A DNA stretch of 64,000 nt from Candidatus Calescibacterium sp. (GTDB lineage: Bacteria > Calescibacteriota > Calescibacteriia > Calescibacteriales > Calescibacteriaceae). The translations under genes and the position numbers were made by a program. The notes under the pieces are model-generated. The model searched no databases. It saw only the letters and a program-made list of their open reading frames with translations, and had not been told where the DNA came from. Of this stretch, positions 29,420 to 39,811 are shown one piece after another. The stretch covers positions 64,001 through 128,000 of the forward strand of contig JAVVGL010000002.1 in the NCBI GenBank assembly GCA_032249135.1, given 5' to 3'. Numbering within the stretch: position 1 is the stretch's first letter; each line of letters begins with the position of its first letter.

Positions 29420-31519
29420 ATGAGTAGTTCCTCTCTAATTCTTATTGCTATATTTTCTCTTCATATAAAGAATGTCGGAATAAACGAAAAACCCACATTC
29501 TCCTATGTTGTAGTATATCTTGACAGCGAAAACTTCACAATATCAATAGAAAAAAAAGAAAAAATAATAAGTGTTCTTGTAGAAAATGCCGAACTCAAAT
29601 TCCATAAAACCCAGCTGGAACCTCGCGAGAAAAAATTCATAAGTAAGGTCGTGTTGAGCGAGATAAAAGAAAGCGAAACAAAAAAAAGCACAGCAATATC
29701 TACCATAATGAAAGACGAGAAATTAAAGTGGGATGTGAAAAAATCAAAAAATGGTATTCTAATATTCGTAGGTAAAGACATACCTTTCACAGAAAAAAAA
29801 GACATTGATGAGTTTTTAAAAAGTTCCGTGATGACAAGAAATTATAGAGCGCTTGACAGAATATTTTTCCTCACAGAAGTAGGGGATGAAGAAACAAAAG
29901 CAAAAGCATATTTCGCAATAGGAGAAATGATGTTCAAAATGGGTATTGAAAACCAATCAAACTTGTTGCTCCTGAGGTCTTCTACTTTTTACGGAGCAGC
30001 AGGGAGAAAATATCTTGAGTTAGGAGATATTCAAAATTTTGCTCTATCTTATATAAAATCATCGCAAGCACTAAGATGGGCTATGTTCTTTCCGGAAGCA
30101 AAGGCAAAAGTAGATTTCGCTCTTGAGAAGATAGAACAACTTAAAGCTCCCGTACCGAACTCAACAAAGATTATGCTTTTGTGCTCATCTGCTCTTGCAT
30201 CCATAGGAAGATCAAAAGCGGGCGAAGCAGCCGAAAAAATAGCAATTTTAGAAAAAGAATTCCTTGAAAAATTAAATCAATACGAAGGAGATGAATTTCA
30301 AGATATATCAGATTGTGTTTTCTCTGCTTTGGGATCGTATGAATATGAAAAAGGTGATTTTGAAAAAGCAGTGGAGTATTTGACACATGTATCGGAAAAG
30401 TTTTTGAAAAACGATCCAGTAGTTTTACCAAGGTATGCAAGAGCTCTTCTTAAACTTGGTAAAACCCATCTTTCAAAAAAGTATTTTTTTATGATGGAAA
30501 ATAGCAGATTCCGAGATTTCAAAGGTGAAGCCAAATTGGGATTATTTGAAAGTCTTTATAAGGAAGGGAATAAAAATTTAGCCATAAAATACTTGTATTC
30601 AGCTATAGAGAATTTCCCGGCAACAAAATGGGAAATAAAAGCAAGAATTATAGCAGTTCAGAACAGAGAAGATTTAAAAGATGCATATAGTTCCTTAGGG
30701 AAAAAAAGAATACCAAGGGATGACCCAATATTTTATCCAAAGGAAAACTTGAAGTTCATCATAACGAAGATGCAGCTGCCAGAAAGTCAAATTGCTCTTG
30801 CAGAATATCTGAAAATATTAAATGAAAGAATGAAAAATGTAGAAGGATTAAAAGATGATAAAGAGATAAGATCAGATATTGAATTTATTTTTTCAATACT
30901 ACCAGTTTTCAGAGTAATGAAAATACCCCCTGGTATAAGAGAAGAGGTGCAAAGCAATATAGGGAGTTTTTTAGAAAACCTTGTAAGCTTTGGAAACATA
31001 GTATATGCAGCTACATTATTCTTTTCGTTCAAAGAATTTCTCCCACCTCCATATCTTATGGATTACTCAAAAGTCCAAGCAGAATTTGAAAGATATGGAC
31101 TTCTTGAAGCCGAAGAAGAAAAAAATAAAATACTCCAACAATTTGAAGAAGAAAAAGATAAAGAAAGCTTTGTCCAAAAATTTGGAGAGAAAATTCCAGA
31201 ACTTTTTATAAAGTATGCCGAATTTCTTTTGAAAAAAGGGGAATGTGAAAAAGCATTCATAATTTTAGAGCAGAAAAAAGAGAAAGTTTATAAGTTTGAA
31301 GAATATAAAGATATGCTTTTCAGAATAGGTCAGTGCCTCTATGTTTTAAAAAGTAATCTTCTCCCTCAATTATGCAAAGAAGATAAAGAAAATATATTCT
31401 GCAAAGAATATCCATTTGAGACAACTTATGATAATGTTATAAAATCTCTATTTGAAGAATTAGAAAAAATACCCGAAAAATTAGAAGAAATAAGAATGAA
31501 AGTAATCAGCCAACAGTAG
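29420..31519 (+). CDS. Exported TPR-repeat protein with N-terminal AMIN-like beta domain
   Basis: Short hydrophobic leader, beta-strand N-domain, TPR-like helices (ALGSYEYEKGDFEKAVEYL; YAEFLLKKGECEKA). Confidence 0.7.
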   Translation: MSSSSLILIAIFSLHIKNVGINEKPTFSYVVVYLDSENFTISIEKKEKIISVLVENAELKFHKTQLEPREKKFISKVVLSEIKESETKKSTAISTIMKDEKLKWDVKKSKNGILIFVGKDIPFTEKKDIDEFLKSSVMTRNYRALDRIFFLTEVGDEETKAKAYFAIGEMMFKMGIENQSNLLLLRSSTFYGAAGRKYLELGDIQNFALSYIKSSQALRWAMFFPEAKAKVDFALEKIEQLKAPVPNSTKIMLLCSSALASIGRSKAGEAAEKIAILEKEFLEKLNQYEGDEFQDISDCVFSALGSYEYEKGDFEKAVEYLTHVSEKFLKNDPVVLPRYARALLKLGKTHLSKKYFFMMENSRFRDFKGEAKLGLFESLYKEGNKNLAIKYLYSAIENFPATKWEIKARIIAVQNREDLKDAYSSLGKKRIPRDDPIFYPKENLKFIITKMQLPESQIALAEYLKILNERMKNVEGLKDDKEIRSDIEFIFSILPVFRVMKIPPGIREEVQSNIGSFLENLVSFGNIVYAATLFFSFKEFLPPPYLMDYSKVQAEFERYGLLEAEEEKNKILQQFEEEKDKESFVQKFGEKIPELFIKYAEFLLKKGECEKAFIILEQKKEKVYKFEEYKDMLFRIGQCLYVLKSNLLPQLCKEDKENIFCKEYPFETTYDNVIKSLFEELEKIPEKLEEIRMKVISQQ

Positions 31520-32291
31520 CTTTCAGCTCTTCTATCGCTCTTTTTATTAACTCATCTATATTATTATTTTCCTGGTCGGTCTTAAAATGAGAAAAAAGTA
31601 AGAATATTTCAAAATTTCCCGAAGAACCCGGCGGAAAAGAGGGACAAATTCCTTTAATATGAAATATATCCGAAACCTGCATTATGACCTTCTTCACAGC
31701 AAGGTAAATTAGATTTTCATCTTTAAGAACTCCCCCCTTCAGGTACTTCCTTGGAACCTCAAAGTTAGGCTTACATAAAACTAAAATTTCCGGAACAAAT
31801 TTCAAAGCTCTTATCACTGGAATAGAAGATGTGAAAGAAACATCACAAGTAGCAAAATCTATCTTTTCTGGGAAAAAATCCTCGGTTATTTCCTTTGCAT
31901 CTTTTCCTTCGTAGAGAACTACTCTGGGATCGTTTCTAAGTTTTGGATGCAAAACTCCGACTCCAATATCTACTGCAAAAACTTTTTTAGCTCCACCTTC
32001 AAGTAGGAACTGTGTAAATCCTCCTGTTGAGCAACCTATATCAGCGCAGACTTTATCTTTGACCGAGATTTTCAATCTATCAAACGCAAATTTTATTTTG
32101 AGGTATCCACGAGAAACATAATTTATGTTTTCAGAAATTTCAATTTCTGCCGAATCATCAAATTTTTCCGATGGTTTTAGAACAGTTTTCCCTCCTATTT
32201 TAACTTTCCCCGAAATTATAAGATTCTGAGCCTTCTCTCTTGAATCTACCAATCCCTTCTTCACAAGAAGTATATCAGCTCTCTCCTTCAT
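31506..32291 (-). CDS. tlyA: TlyA-family rRNA (cytidine-2'-O)-methyltransferase
   Basis: S4-like ERADILLV..GL..SREKA, YVSRG..K, DIGCSTGGFT, DVSFTS, KPNFE. Confidence 0.94.
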   Translation of the reverse strand: MKERADILLVKKGLVDSREKAQNLIISGKVKIGGKTVLKPSEKFDDSAEIEISENINYVSRGYLKIKFAFDRLKISVKDKVCADIGCSTGGFTQFLLEGGAKKVFAVDIGVGVLHPKLRNDPRVVLYEGKDAKEITEDFFPEKIDFATCDVSFTSSIPVIRALKFVPEILVLCKPNFEVPRKYLKGGVLKDENLIYLAVKKVIMQVSDIFHIKGICPSFPPGSSGNFEIFLLFSHFKTDQENNNIDELIKRAIEELKATVG

Positions 32292-32345
32292 TTTTCATTA
32301 AAAAATATAAAAATTGTAATTCATCAAATAAAATTGTAATTCAGA

Positions 32346-32714
32346 GTGAAGATAGCATTTTTGTTAGAAAGAATAGAGGAAGCAAGGATAATAAGAGGGT
32401 ATTTTCAGGAAAAAGGACACGAGGTTGCAGTATATAATAACCCCAATGATATTTTGAGTTTAAAATTTATACCAGATATACTTGTTGTTGATATAAAGTG
32501 TGTAAGCGATCAGAATGACCTGAGGCTAATTCTTTCTTCATCACAGAAGATTTTATTTATTCTTCCGTTTTGGGAAAATGCAGGAAAAAAAGTTGAAGAT
32601 TTAAGAAGTAAAGCCAAACTTTTTGGATTGAAAAAAATAAAAATAAAAGTTATAAAAAGACCATTTACACCAGAAGAACTTTTGAACTTCATTCAATCCA
32701 CCTTCCAAATTTAA
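32346..32714 (+). CDS. Atypical single-domain response-regulator receiver protein
   Basis: PDILVVDI phospho-Asp context and KRPFTPEEL tail; N-terminal acidic pair degenerate (LLE). Confidence 0.6.
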   Translation: MKIAFLLERIEEARIIRGYFQEKGHEVAVYNNPNDILSLKFIPDILVVDIKCVSDQNDLRLILSSSQKILFILPFWENAGKKVEDLRSKAKLFGLKKIKIKVIKRPFTPEELLNFIQSTFQI

Positions 32715-32752
32715 TTTATCTTTGCAAATTTGGAAAAAATGAACTACTCAGG

Positions 32753-34417
32753 TCAGAAAAATATTATGTTCAGAGCAATAAGAACGGCAAGCGATACAAT
32801 TGCCCAGAATTCAGCTTTTTTAAAAAAAGGTCTTTTATAAGAGCTTTGAAGTTCGTCATCACTTCCAGACCCCACTCCTCTTACAAGTCCAATCAATTCA
32901 TTTTCTGGTTTAGGTTTTGTGAAAAACGAAACCAAAATTGTTATAACAAAGGTAATGAGCCAGCTCCACCAAGCACGCCAGAGGTTCAAACTCATCTCAG
33001 ATGGATTGTCATATAAAGCAATAAATTTTGCTGGAATAATCCCCCATCTCACACCTGTGAAAGTTATGAAAGAAAATAGCATACCAACAACAAGTCCCCA
33101 AAATGCACCAGAAGGAGTAATTCTTTTTGAAAACATACCCAACAAAATCGTAGCAAACAAAGGAGCATTAACCCAGGAAAATATTGCTTGAATGTAATCC
33201 ATTATTGTAGGAAATTTCATAGCCCAATATGCAGCTGCGACAGATATAAATATTCCTATAACGGTTGATAATCTGCCAACCAATACAAGTTCTCTTTCCC
33301 CAGCTTGCGGTCTGAATATAGGTTTATATATATCTTGCGTAAAAACAGTGTTAAAAGCGGTTATGTTCCCAGCTTGTCCGGCCATAAATCCTGCAAGTAA
33401 AGCTGTAATACCAAGACCAAAAAGTCCGGGCTCATAATACTTTGATATAAGAGCGGGTAAAGCAGAATCGTATAAAACCTTTCCGGTTTCATCTTGAAGG
33501 AGTTGAATTTCTCCAATTTGAATGAGTCTTAAAGCAATAAGTCCTCCAAAAGTTACAACAAAAGGTAGAGCCATTTTAAAAAAAGATGCAATTATAGGAG
33601 CCAGACGAGCAGATTCAAGGTCCCGAGACGCAAAAGCTCTTTGAACCACAAGAAAATCAGTGGTCCAATAACCAAAAGAAAGAACCCATCCGAGCCCTAA
33701 TATAATACCCCAAAATGTAATTCCCATAGCATTCTGAGATGGATCAAAAGTTATTTTCCAAAGTGAAGTTAAGCTTTGAGGGAGCTCTGAAAGAAAACCA
33801 AAACCACCTATTTTTATAAGTCCCAGAATTCCAACAAGAACGAGTCCAAACCAAACTAAAAAAAATTGAACAACCTCAGTAAAAATTGCAGACATAAGTC
33901 CGCCAAGAGCTACATAAATTGCAACAGTTAAAGCAGAAGCCCATATGCTCACATGCCAGTTCCATCCCAAAATTATTTTGAGAATAAGAGCCATAAGATA
34001 TATATTCACACCAGACATAAGCAAAGTCATCACAGCAAATGAAAAAGCACTTACAAATCTTGTTTTCTCATCAAACCTTGCTCCTACATATCCTGGGACA
34101 GAATAAATATTTTTTTTGTAATAAAACTTCATCATAAAAACTCCCAAAAATAGCATAGCTGGAACTGCACCAATCCAGTAAAAGTGAGCCGTAAGTATTC
34201 CGTATTTTACGGAAGCCCCCGTCCACCCAAGTATTTCAAGAGAACCAAGATTTGCAGACAAAAAAGCCAGTGCAGAAACCCACGCTGAATTACTTCTTCC
34301 TGCAAGAAAAAACTCCTCATTACCCTCTGACCATCTCCTCAGATAAAAACCTATACCTAAAATAAAAACAAAGTAAAGCAGTATAATAATCCAATCTATC
34401 CATGTGAGATGAAGCAT
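32753..34417 (-). CDS. Sodium:solute symporter family protein
   Basis: EEFFLAGRS, SANLGSLE, GYWTTDFLVVQRA, FNTVFTQDIY; about 14 TM. Confidence 0.94.
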   Translation of the reverse strand: MLHLTWIDWIIILLYFVFILGIGFYLRRWSEGNEEFFLAGRSNSAWVSALAFLSANLGSLEILGWTGASVKYGILTAHFYWIGAVPAMLFLGVFMMKFYYKKNIYSVPGYVGARFDEKTRFVSAFSFAVMTLLMSGVNIYLMALILKIILGWNWHVSIWASALTVAIYVALGGLMSAIFTEVVQFFLVWFGLVLVGILGLIKIGGFGFLSELPQSLTSLWKITFDPSQNAMGITFWGIILGLGWVLSFGYWTTDFLVVQRAFASRDLESARLAPIIASFFKMALPFVVTFGGLIALRLIQIGEIQLLQDETGKVLYDSALPALISKYYEPGLFGLGITALLAGFMAGQAGNITAFNTVFTQDIYKPIFRPQAGERELVLVGRLSTVIGIFISVAAAYWAMKFPTIMDYIQAIFSWVNAPLFATILLGMFSKRITPSGAFWGLVVGMLFSFITFTGVRWGIIPAKFIALYDNPSEMSLNLWRAWWSWLITFVITILVSFFTKPKPENELIGLVRGVGSGSDDELQSSYKRPFFKKAEFWAIVSLAVLIALNIIFF

Positions 34418-34574
34418 ACCAGTAGATGAATTTAAGGTGTTTTCAAATTTTTTTCCTCAAAATTGAATTTTTATTTACTGAAATCTACAAAATCTTCTCA
34501 CAAAAGAATAAATTTGTTTTTATTGTCACCGTGTAATAGCACAAGATAAGATAAAACAACAAGATAAGATAAAA

Positions 34575-36626
34575 ATGTCGGGTGAAAGAAATCTCATTCT
34601 TTTTTTTGATAAAGGAAAACTTAAATTGGGTTTCAAATTAAACGAAAACTACGGTAGACCGCTCATAATTACAGAAGATAATCAAGAGAAATTCATAAAT
34701 AAAAGTCAGATCGCATATGAGTTCAATATAAAATCTGATACACCACAAGAGAATTTCAAAAAAATAAGAGAATTGGAAAAAGAAGTTGATTTAGAAACCG
34801 TATGGGAAATATCAATTTCGTGTCCGGATGTGAGGGAATTATCTCCGGAGGAGATATCAAATCTGATTTTTCAGAAAATTTCCAATGATACAATATGTGC
34901 GATCTTACTTAAACTTCACTCAGAAGAGAACATATATTTTAAGAAGAAAGGAGAAAAGTGGGAAATAAGACTCGAAGAAGAGGTTGAAAAAATAAAAAAA
35001 GAAAAAGAAACAATTGAGGAGAATAGGAAAAGATTAGAAAAAATAAAAGAATGGTTTGAGAAAAATTTGAAATCTGATGAGATATCTTTTGTGAAAAATA
35101 AAGGTTTAGTAGAATATTTCTCTGAAAATTACCCAAGATTTCCCGAGCAAGTTCCAGAATTAGTTCACGATTTTCTTCGGAAATTGAGAGATGATTTTGT
35201 AAATGAGAGGAAAGATGAAATAAAAAAGATTACAGAAGTTTTGCCCAAAGAACTTTTCCCAATAAAAGATGAGGACGTTTTTAAACTCCTTTGCTTTTTT
35301 GGTATATTAGATCCGTTTTATAACTTCTTTGCTGAAAGATTCAAAATAAATCACCAACAAAGAGAAAAAGAAAAGAGAGAGGAAATTTCGGTGTATCCTG
35401 TATTTGAAAGGGAAATAAAAGAAGGGAGGAGAGAAAAGGTACATGTTCAATCGTATTCTTTGGATATAGAAGGGACGGAAATAAGAGATGACGCAGTATC
35501 TTATCCAAAAATAGAGGGAGAAAATGCAGAGATTTTCATTCACATAGCAGATGTCACTCTTTTGGATTCAGAAGATATAATAGAGACGGTAATAAAAAGA
35601 GGAAAGACGGTATATTTTCCGGAGGGCAAGATAGATATGTTGCCACAAGATGTGATAAAGGAACTTTCGCTTGATGCCAATCAGCCAAAACCAGCAATAA
35701 CCTTCAAAATAAATTTCAAGATTACGGAAGAAAAAATAGAAATAAAGTCAGTTGAAGTTATGAGGTCAGAAGTGAATATAATCAAAAATTATGAATTTTC
35801 AGCGTCTGATGAAGAACTGGAACCGATAAAAAGACTTGGACTCAAAATATATGATATAAGAACAAAAAAAATGGGAGGATTAGACCTTATATCAGAAGAT
35901 TTTGTTATTTTACTTGATGGTAAAAAATTCATAACAAAAAGATGGAAAGTGACAGATTTAAGAATAGCTTTATCTGAATTCATGATGCTATGTTCATATG
36001 CAATAGCTTTTTTCTGCAAAGAAAATAATATACCGATATTTTATAGAAAATCAAAAATTGATGAGCCTGCAAAAAAAATTGCAGCGGAGATAAATCCCAC
36101 AGCTTCGCATGATGAAATTTTTTATCTACCTCGTCCTTTTGTACTCTGGAAAAATATAAAAAGAGCAAGGACACTGATAACACAAGTAGAACCAGCAAGA
36201 GCAGAAACCATAGGATATCCACTTTATGCCTGGGGTACTTCACCGCTGAGGAGAGGATGGGATTTTATTAATATAATCCAAATTGGAAGATTTCTCAAAG
36301 GAGAAAAAATGTTATCAAAAGAGCAATTAGATAAAATAAAAGAGAGTTTAGAGTTTAATATAAGCAAAGCCGAAACAGCAGAAGATATGAGATATAAATT
36401 TATGTTATGCATATATATACTAAAAAATCTCTCATGCAAACCGCAAGATGCTATCGTTGTAGAAAGAGAAGACAAAGGTAAAATAAAAAGATATACATTA
36501 TGGGTTGATGAAATTTTGTCATTTGTAAAAGGAGAATCAGAAAAAGATATAGATGTACTATCTTCTGTAAAAGTAAATCTTATTTCTGATCCTTTCAGAT
36601 TATCACTGAAAGCACAGATATTATAA
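34575..36626 (+). CDS. RNB-domain exoribonuclease (RNase II/R family)
   Basis: SLDIEGTEIRDDAVS, IHIADV, TVYFPEG...MLP, SEFM, TSPLRRGWD. Confidence 0.88.
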   Translation: MSGERNLILFFDKGKLKLGFKLNENYGRPLIITEDNQEKFINKSQIAYEFNIKSDTPQENFKKIRELEKEVDLETVWEISISCPDVRELSPEEISNLIFQKISNDTICAILLKLHSEENIYFKKKGEKWEIRLEEEVEKIKKEKETIEENRKRLEKIKEWFEKNLKSDEISFVKNKGLVEYFSENYPRFPEQVPELVHDFLRKLRDDFVNERKDEIKKITEVLPKELFPIKDEDVFKLLCFFGILDPFYNFFAERFKINHQQREKEKREEISVYPVFEREIKEGRREKVHVQSYSLDIEGTEIRDDAVSYPKIEGENAEIFIHIADVTLLDSEDIIETVIKRGKTVYFPEGKIDMLPQDVIKELSLDANQPKPAITFKINFKITEEKIEIKSVEVMRSEVNIIKNYEFSASDEELEPIKRLGLKIYDIRTKKMGGLDLISEDFVILLDGKKFITKRWKVTDLRIALSEFMMLCSYAIAFFCKENNIPIFYRKSKIDEPAKKIAAEINPTASHDEIFYLPRPFVLWKNIKRARTLITQVEPARAETIGYPLYAWGTSPLRRGWDFINIIQIGRFLKGEKMLSKEQLDKIKESLEFNISKAETAEDMRYKFMLCIYILKNLSCKPQDAIVVEREDKGKIKRYTLWVDEILSFVKGESEKDIDVLSSVKVNLISDPFRLSLKAQIL

Positions 36627-36792
36627 GTCAGTTGTTAAAAAATTTAGCGTCTTAATCCTTTATTAAAAATTTAGTGTCTTAATCCTTCCCCACTACCCGA
36701 TGATGACTTAAAAACCGTTCAATTTCAACAAAAATTTTCTGAAAAGATTATAATTTTAGCTAAATTTTAAGAAATAAAAGGGGTGAAAAAAA

Positions 36793-38744
36793 ATGATAAG
36801 AAGAAAAGAGATTAAAGGGCTTTTCCTTCTATTAGTAAGCATTACGGTATTTTTCGGGTTATCATCGGTAGGATGTAAGAAAAAATCAGAAAAACCAGAA
36901 CCAACTGGGCAGACAGGATTTCCAAGCTCAACAACTGGACAGACAACATTTACAAATCCTAATGATGCTGCAACTAAAACTTTTGGCAGCTTATCTGTTG
37001 CGTCTGATAACATTATCACAGCTCGGGCATCTCAAAGTGAAATGATTACAGGCAGGATGATCACTGGTAGGATGATTACTGGTAGAGCTATTACAGCTCG
37101 TATTATCACTGGACGCATTATTACTGCAAGGTCTCCCAAATTTATAAATGTTATCGGGAATGATAACGACGACGATGAAGATGACATTTTGAATTTGTTC
37201 GGGAGGCTCAAAAAAGGTAGGCTATCAAAAAAGCAATCAGAAGGGTTAGAGATCAGTTGCGAAGATTTGAAACCTAAATGTGTTGAGGGTAAAGTAGAGA
37301 AAGCAGACTGCAAGAAAGACCAATCAACAAATATGCTAAACTTTGATATAAAAGTAAGTGATTGCAAAGAGATAGTTGATGAGCAAAAAGGTGATTACAT
37401 AGTTTCAACAGGATATGCAAAGGGGTATTTAGAGATTTCAACAAAAGTTTCGCAAAATATCTCTGATGCAAAATTTATCGTTGCCATAGAAGATGGAGAC
37501 TCGTTAGTGAAGGAGTTCAGCGGGAACAAAGAGACAAAGAGAGTGAGAGCAAAAGCATCAAAATTTAAAACTGAAATTATGGGTAGATTTATTGAAGGAG
37601 AAAAAGATGTTGATTTTAGGGTTGTGACAAAGCTTTCAGGAGCATATTCAAGGGAGGATGAAATAGGGAACAGAAAGGAAGCATATTCATATAATGATTA
37701 CGTAGTTGAGGTGACGGGAGAATCTCCAAAATCAGGAGGAGAAGCGATTTTTTATGTGAGCATAGGAGGGGGATATTCAGTGGATACTACACCAGATGTA
37801 GATTGTGTGGAGGGAAGTTTTAATTTCAAGACAATAAAGCCGATAAAATCATCGGGGGGACAAGGCTATTGTGGAGCGGAATCAGGTGAGATAGAAGTGA
37901 ATAATGCAAAGATAGAATTTTCACCTGGAAAGGTGAAGGTATCAGTCGGAAATCAACAAGATGTGAAGAGTTAGGGGGACTATGTAAATATGAGCCAATA
38001 ACAATAGCAGAAGGGGTAGAACAAAAGCCTTGTCCGGTATGGTTCAAAGATAAAGATAAAGATGGATACACAGATGGAACAACAAAAGTTTCCTGTGAAA
38101 AGCCATCAGATGAATATGTTTCATCAGCAACGGCAGGGGATTGCGACGATAACGACCCGAATATTAACCCAGCAAGAGCAGAGATATGTGATAACAAAGA
38201 CAACAACTGCAACGGACAAGTAGACGAAGGTAATGTTTGTAGCTTTGCTAAAACTATCGGCCGGAGTTATGAGGATCTTGCCAGGTCAATCATCCAGAGT
38301 AGTGATTGAGGATATGTTGTCGCTGGTAGGACTTCAAGTTTTGGAGCAGGTGGTGATATATATGTAGTGAAGTTGGATGCTAATGGGAATGTATGTTTTT
38401 CTCAAAATATTACAAACTACTCTGTATTATCAAATGCTGGTAGTTTTTCATCGCAATTAACAGGTGCAATTTCCCAATCTCCTACGGTTAATACTGTATC
38501 TTCTACTGTCGCAAGTTATACAAGTTCTGTGTCAGATGTATGTGCATTAGCACCAGCTCCGCATATATGTTTTGGAAGCCAAGATTGTGGTTTCGGCTCC
38601 GCAGTTGCAACAAACGGAGAAAATGTTAAATCTTATGGGTGTTCGGTAGGCGGAATTTTTTCAAGATTTATTATTCCTGCTTCTATGCTAATTGTTTATG
38701 GTTGGTTGCGAAAGAAGAGAAAGAAAAAGAAAGGTGGAATTTGA
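36793..38744 (+). pseudogene. Disrupted large surface lipoprotein: lipobox, pentapeptide array, Cys-rich putative metal-binding (MopE-related) repeat, one beta-propeller blade, Cys-TM-basic C-terminal tail
   Basis: ORF 36793-37974 (LSSVGC) shifts frame near 37960 into RCEELGGLC...DKDKDGY...GDCDDNDPNINPARAEICDNKDNNCNGQVDEG...IIQSSD*GYVVAG (TGA 38307-09). It continues in frame with ORF 38367-38744, ending SYGCS-TM-RKKRKKKK. Confidence 0.82.
37012..37131 (+). repeat. Coding 15-bp/pentapeptide repeat xIT(G/A)R
   Basis: IITAR-ASQSE-MITGR-MITGR-MITGR-AITAR-IITGR-IITAR with synonymous codon variation between units. Confidence 0.9.
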
Positions 38745-38809
38745 TGTTTTTGAGTTTGAGGTTTTTAGAGATTTGACAAAATCTTCCCAAGTTAGACTTC
38801 ACTTTTATT

Positions 38810-39748
38810 TCACTTATGGTTTCTGAAAACTTTGACAAAGTCCTCCCAATTTTCTGATTTTATTACTTCTTTTTTTATCTTTTCCAGCCGGTTTATATCA
38901 TTTATTTTGTCTAAAAGTTTTTTGATTTGCTTTGCCTTTGAGCTACCAAACTTCAACTGGATGCCCAACAGAATTGCTTCTTTAAGACCTTTTATAAGCC
39001 CCCTTTTTTCTCCTCTTTTTTCTCCTCTTTTTTCTCCCTCTCTTTCTCCCCACTTATAAAAAAGAGTTTTTCTTATATCTATTTGTATTGGCATAGACTC
39101 TATTTTTATCTCAACATCAAATAAACCGCCTAAAAAACTTATATCTTCCATATATTTTAAAAGTTCTTTTTTGTTTTTGATAATTTTTGAAATCTTTCTT
39201 ATTACTTTTTTGAATACTTCTTGTTTCTCTCTGTATTTTCCGGCTAAAACTCCCAAAATGACTTCTTCTGGCTTATTACTTCCTAAAAATTCATCAGGGT
39301 CTATTTTCTTCAAATCAACAACTTTGAATTTAAGGAATTTAAATTCTGACCTGAAATAAGAAGGAGTAGGATTTCCCTTACCCACAAATAAAACTATCTG
39401 TACAGGTTCTTTGCCGAACTTCTCTTCAATAACAACAGAATATATAAGCATTCTTTTGGGTAAAGTTTTATCTTGTTGAGCTTGGATTTCAATATGGAAG
39501 ATTTTATCACCGGCTTTAAAGAGCATATCTGGTCGGAGGGATTTGAGGAACTTTACTTCCTGAGTTATATCTTCAAGTTTTTCCTTTATTTTCTCACCAG
39601 TGGCTATTGAGATAATTTTTCCTACTGCCCCTGAGAAAATTTCTTTTAAGACAAGGTCAAACCTTCTTAATTCTCTTTTCCGCTTATATTTTCTTTTTTC
39701 TCTTTGATGTTCTCTTTTATTCTTCTTCATTCCAAAATTTTTTTGCAT
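38810..39748 (-). CDS. Rpn/YhgA-like recombination-promoting nuclease (PD-(D/E)XK) family protein
   Basis: RPDMLF...FHIEIQ...RMLIY, QIVLFVG, C-terminal GEREGEKRGEKRGEKRG repeats and LKFG helix bundle. Confidence 0.85.
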   Translation of the reverse strand: MQKNFGMKKNKREHQREKRKYKRKRELRRFDLVLKEIFSGAVGKIISIATGEKIKEKLEDITQEVKFLKSLRPDMLFKAGDKIFHIEIQAQQDKTLPKRMLIYSVVIEEKFGKEPVQIVLFVGKGNPTPSYFRSEFKFLKFKVVDLKKIDPDEFLGSNKPEEVILGVLAGKYREKQEVFKKVIRKISKIIKNKKELLKYMEDISFLGGLFDVEIKIESMPIQIDIRKTLFYKWGEREGEKRGEKRGEKRGLIKGLKEAILLGIQLKFGSSKAKQIKKLLDKINDINRLEKIKKEVIKSENWEDFVKVFRNHK

Positions 39749-39811
39749 TTCACTTATTGCGGAATAAAGTATCTCGTTTATTAATTAATTTTACTTTTTT
39801 TGTTTTAGTGG

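Noticed and set aside
36638-36687. 23-bp direct repeat as a possible CRISPR remnant
   Set aside because: Only two copies separated by 4 nt, no spacers and no cas genes. It fits the junction-duplication pattern instead.
38307-38309. In-frame TGA at a conserved Gly position, suggesting TGA=Gly recoding (code 25) or selenocysteine
   Set aside because: TGA ends intact genes at their expected C-termini (prfA, pyrK, fur, radical SAM, SSS). No other gene needs readthrough, and this gene is already frameshifted, so a GGA>TGA nonsense change is simpler.
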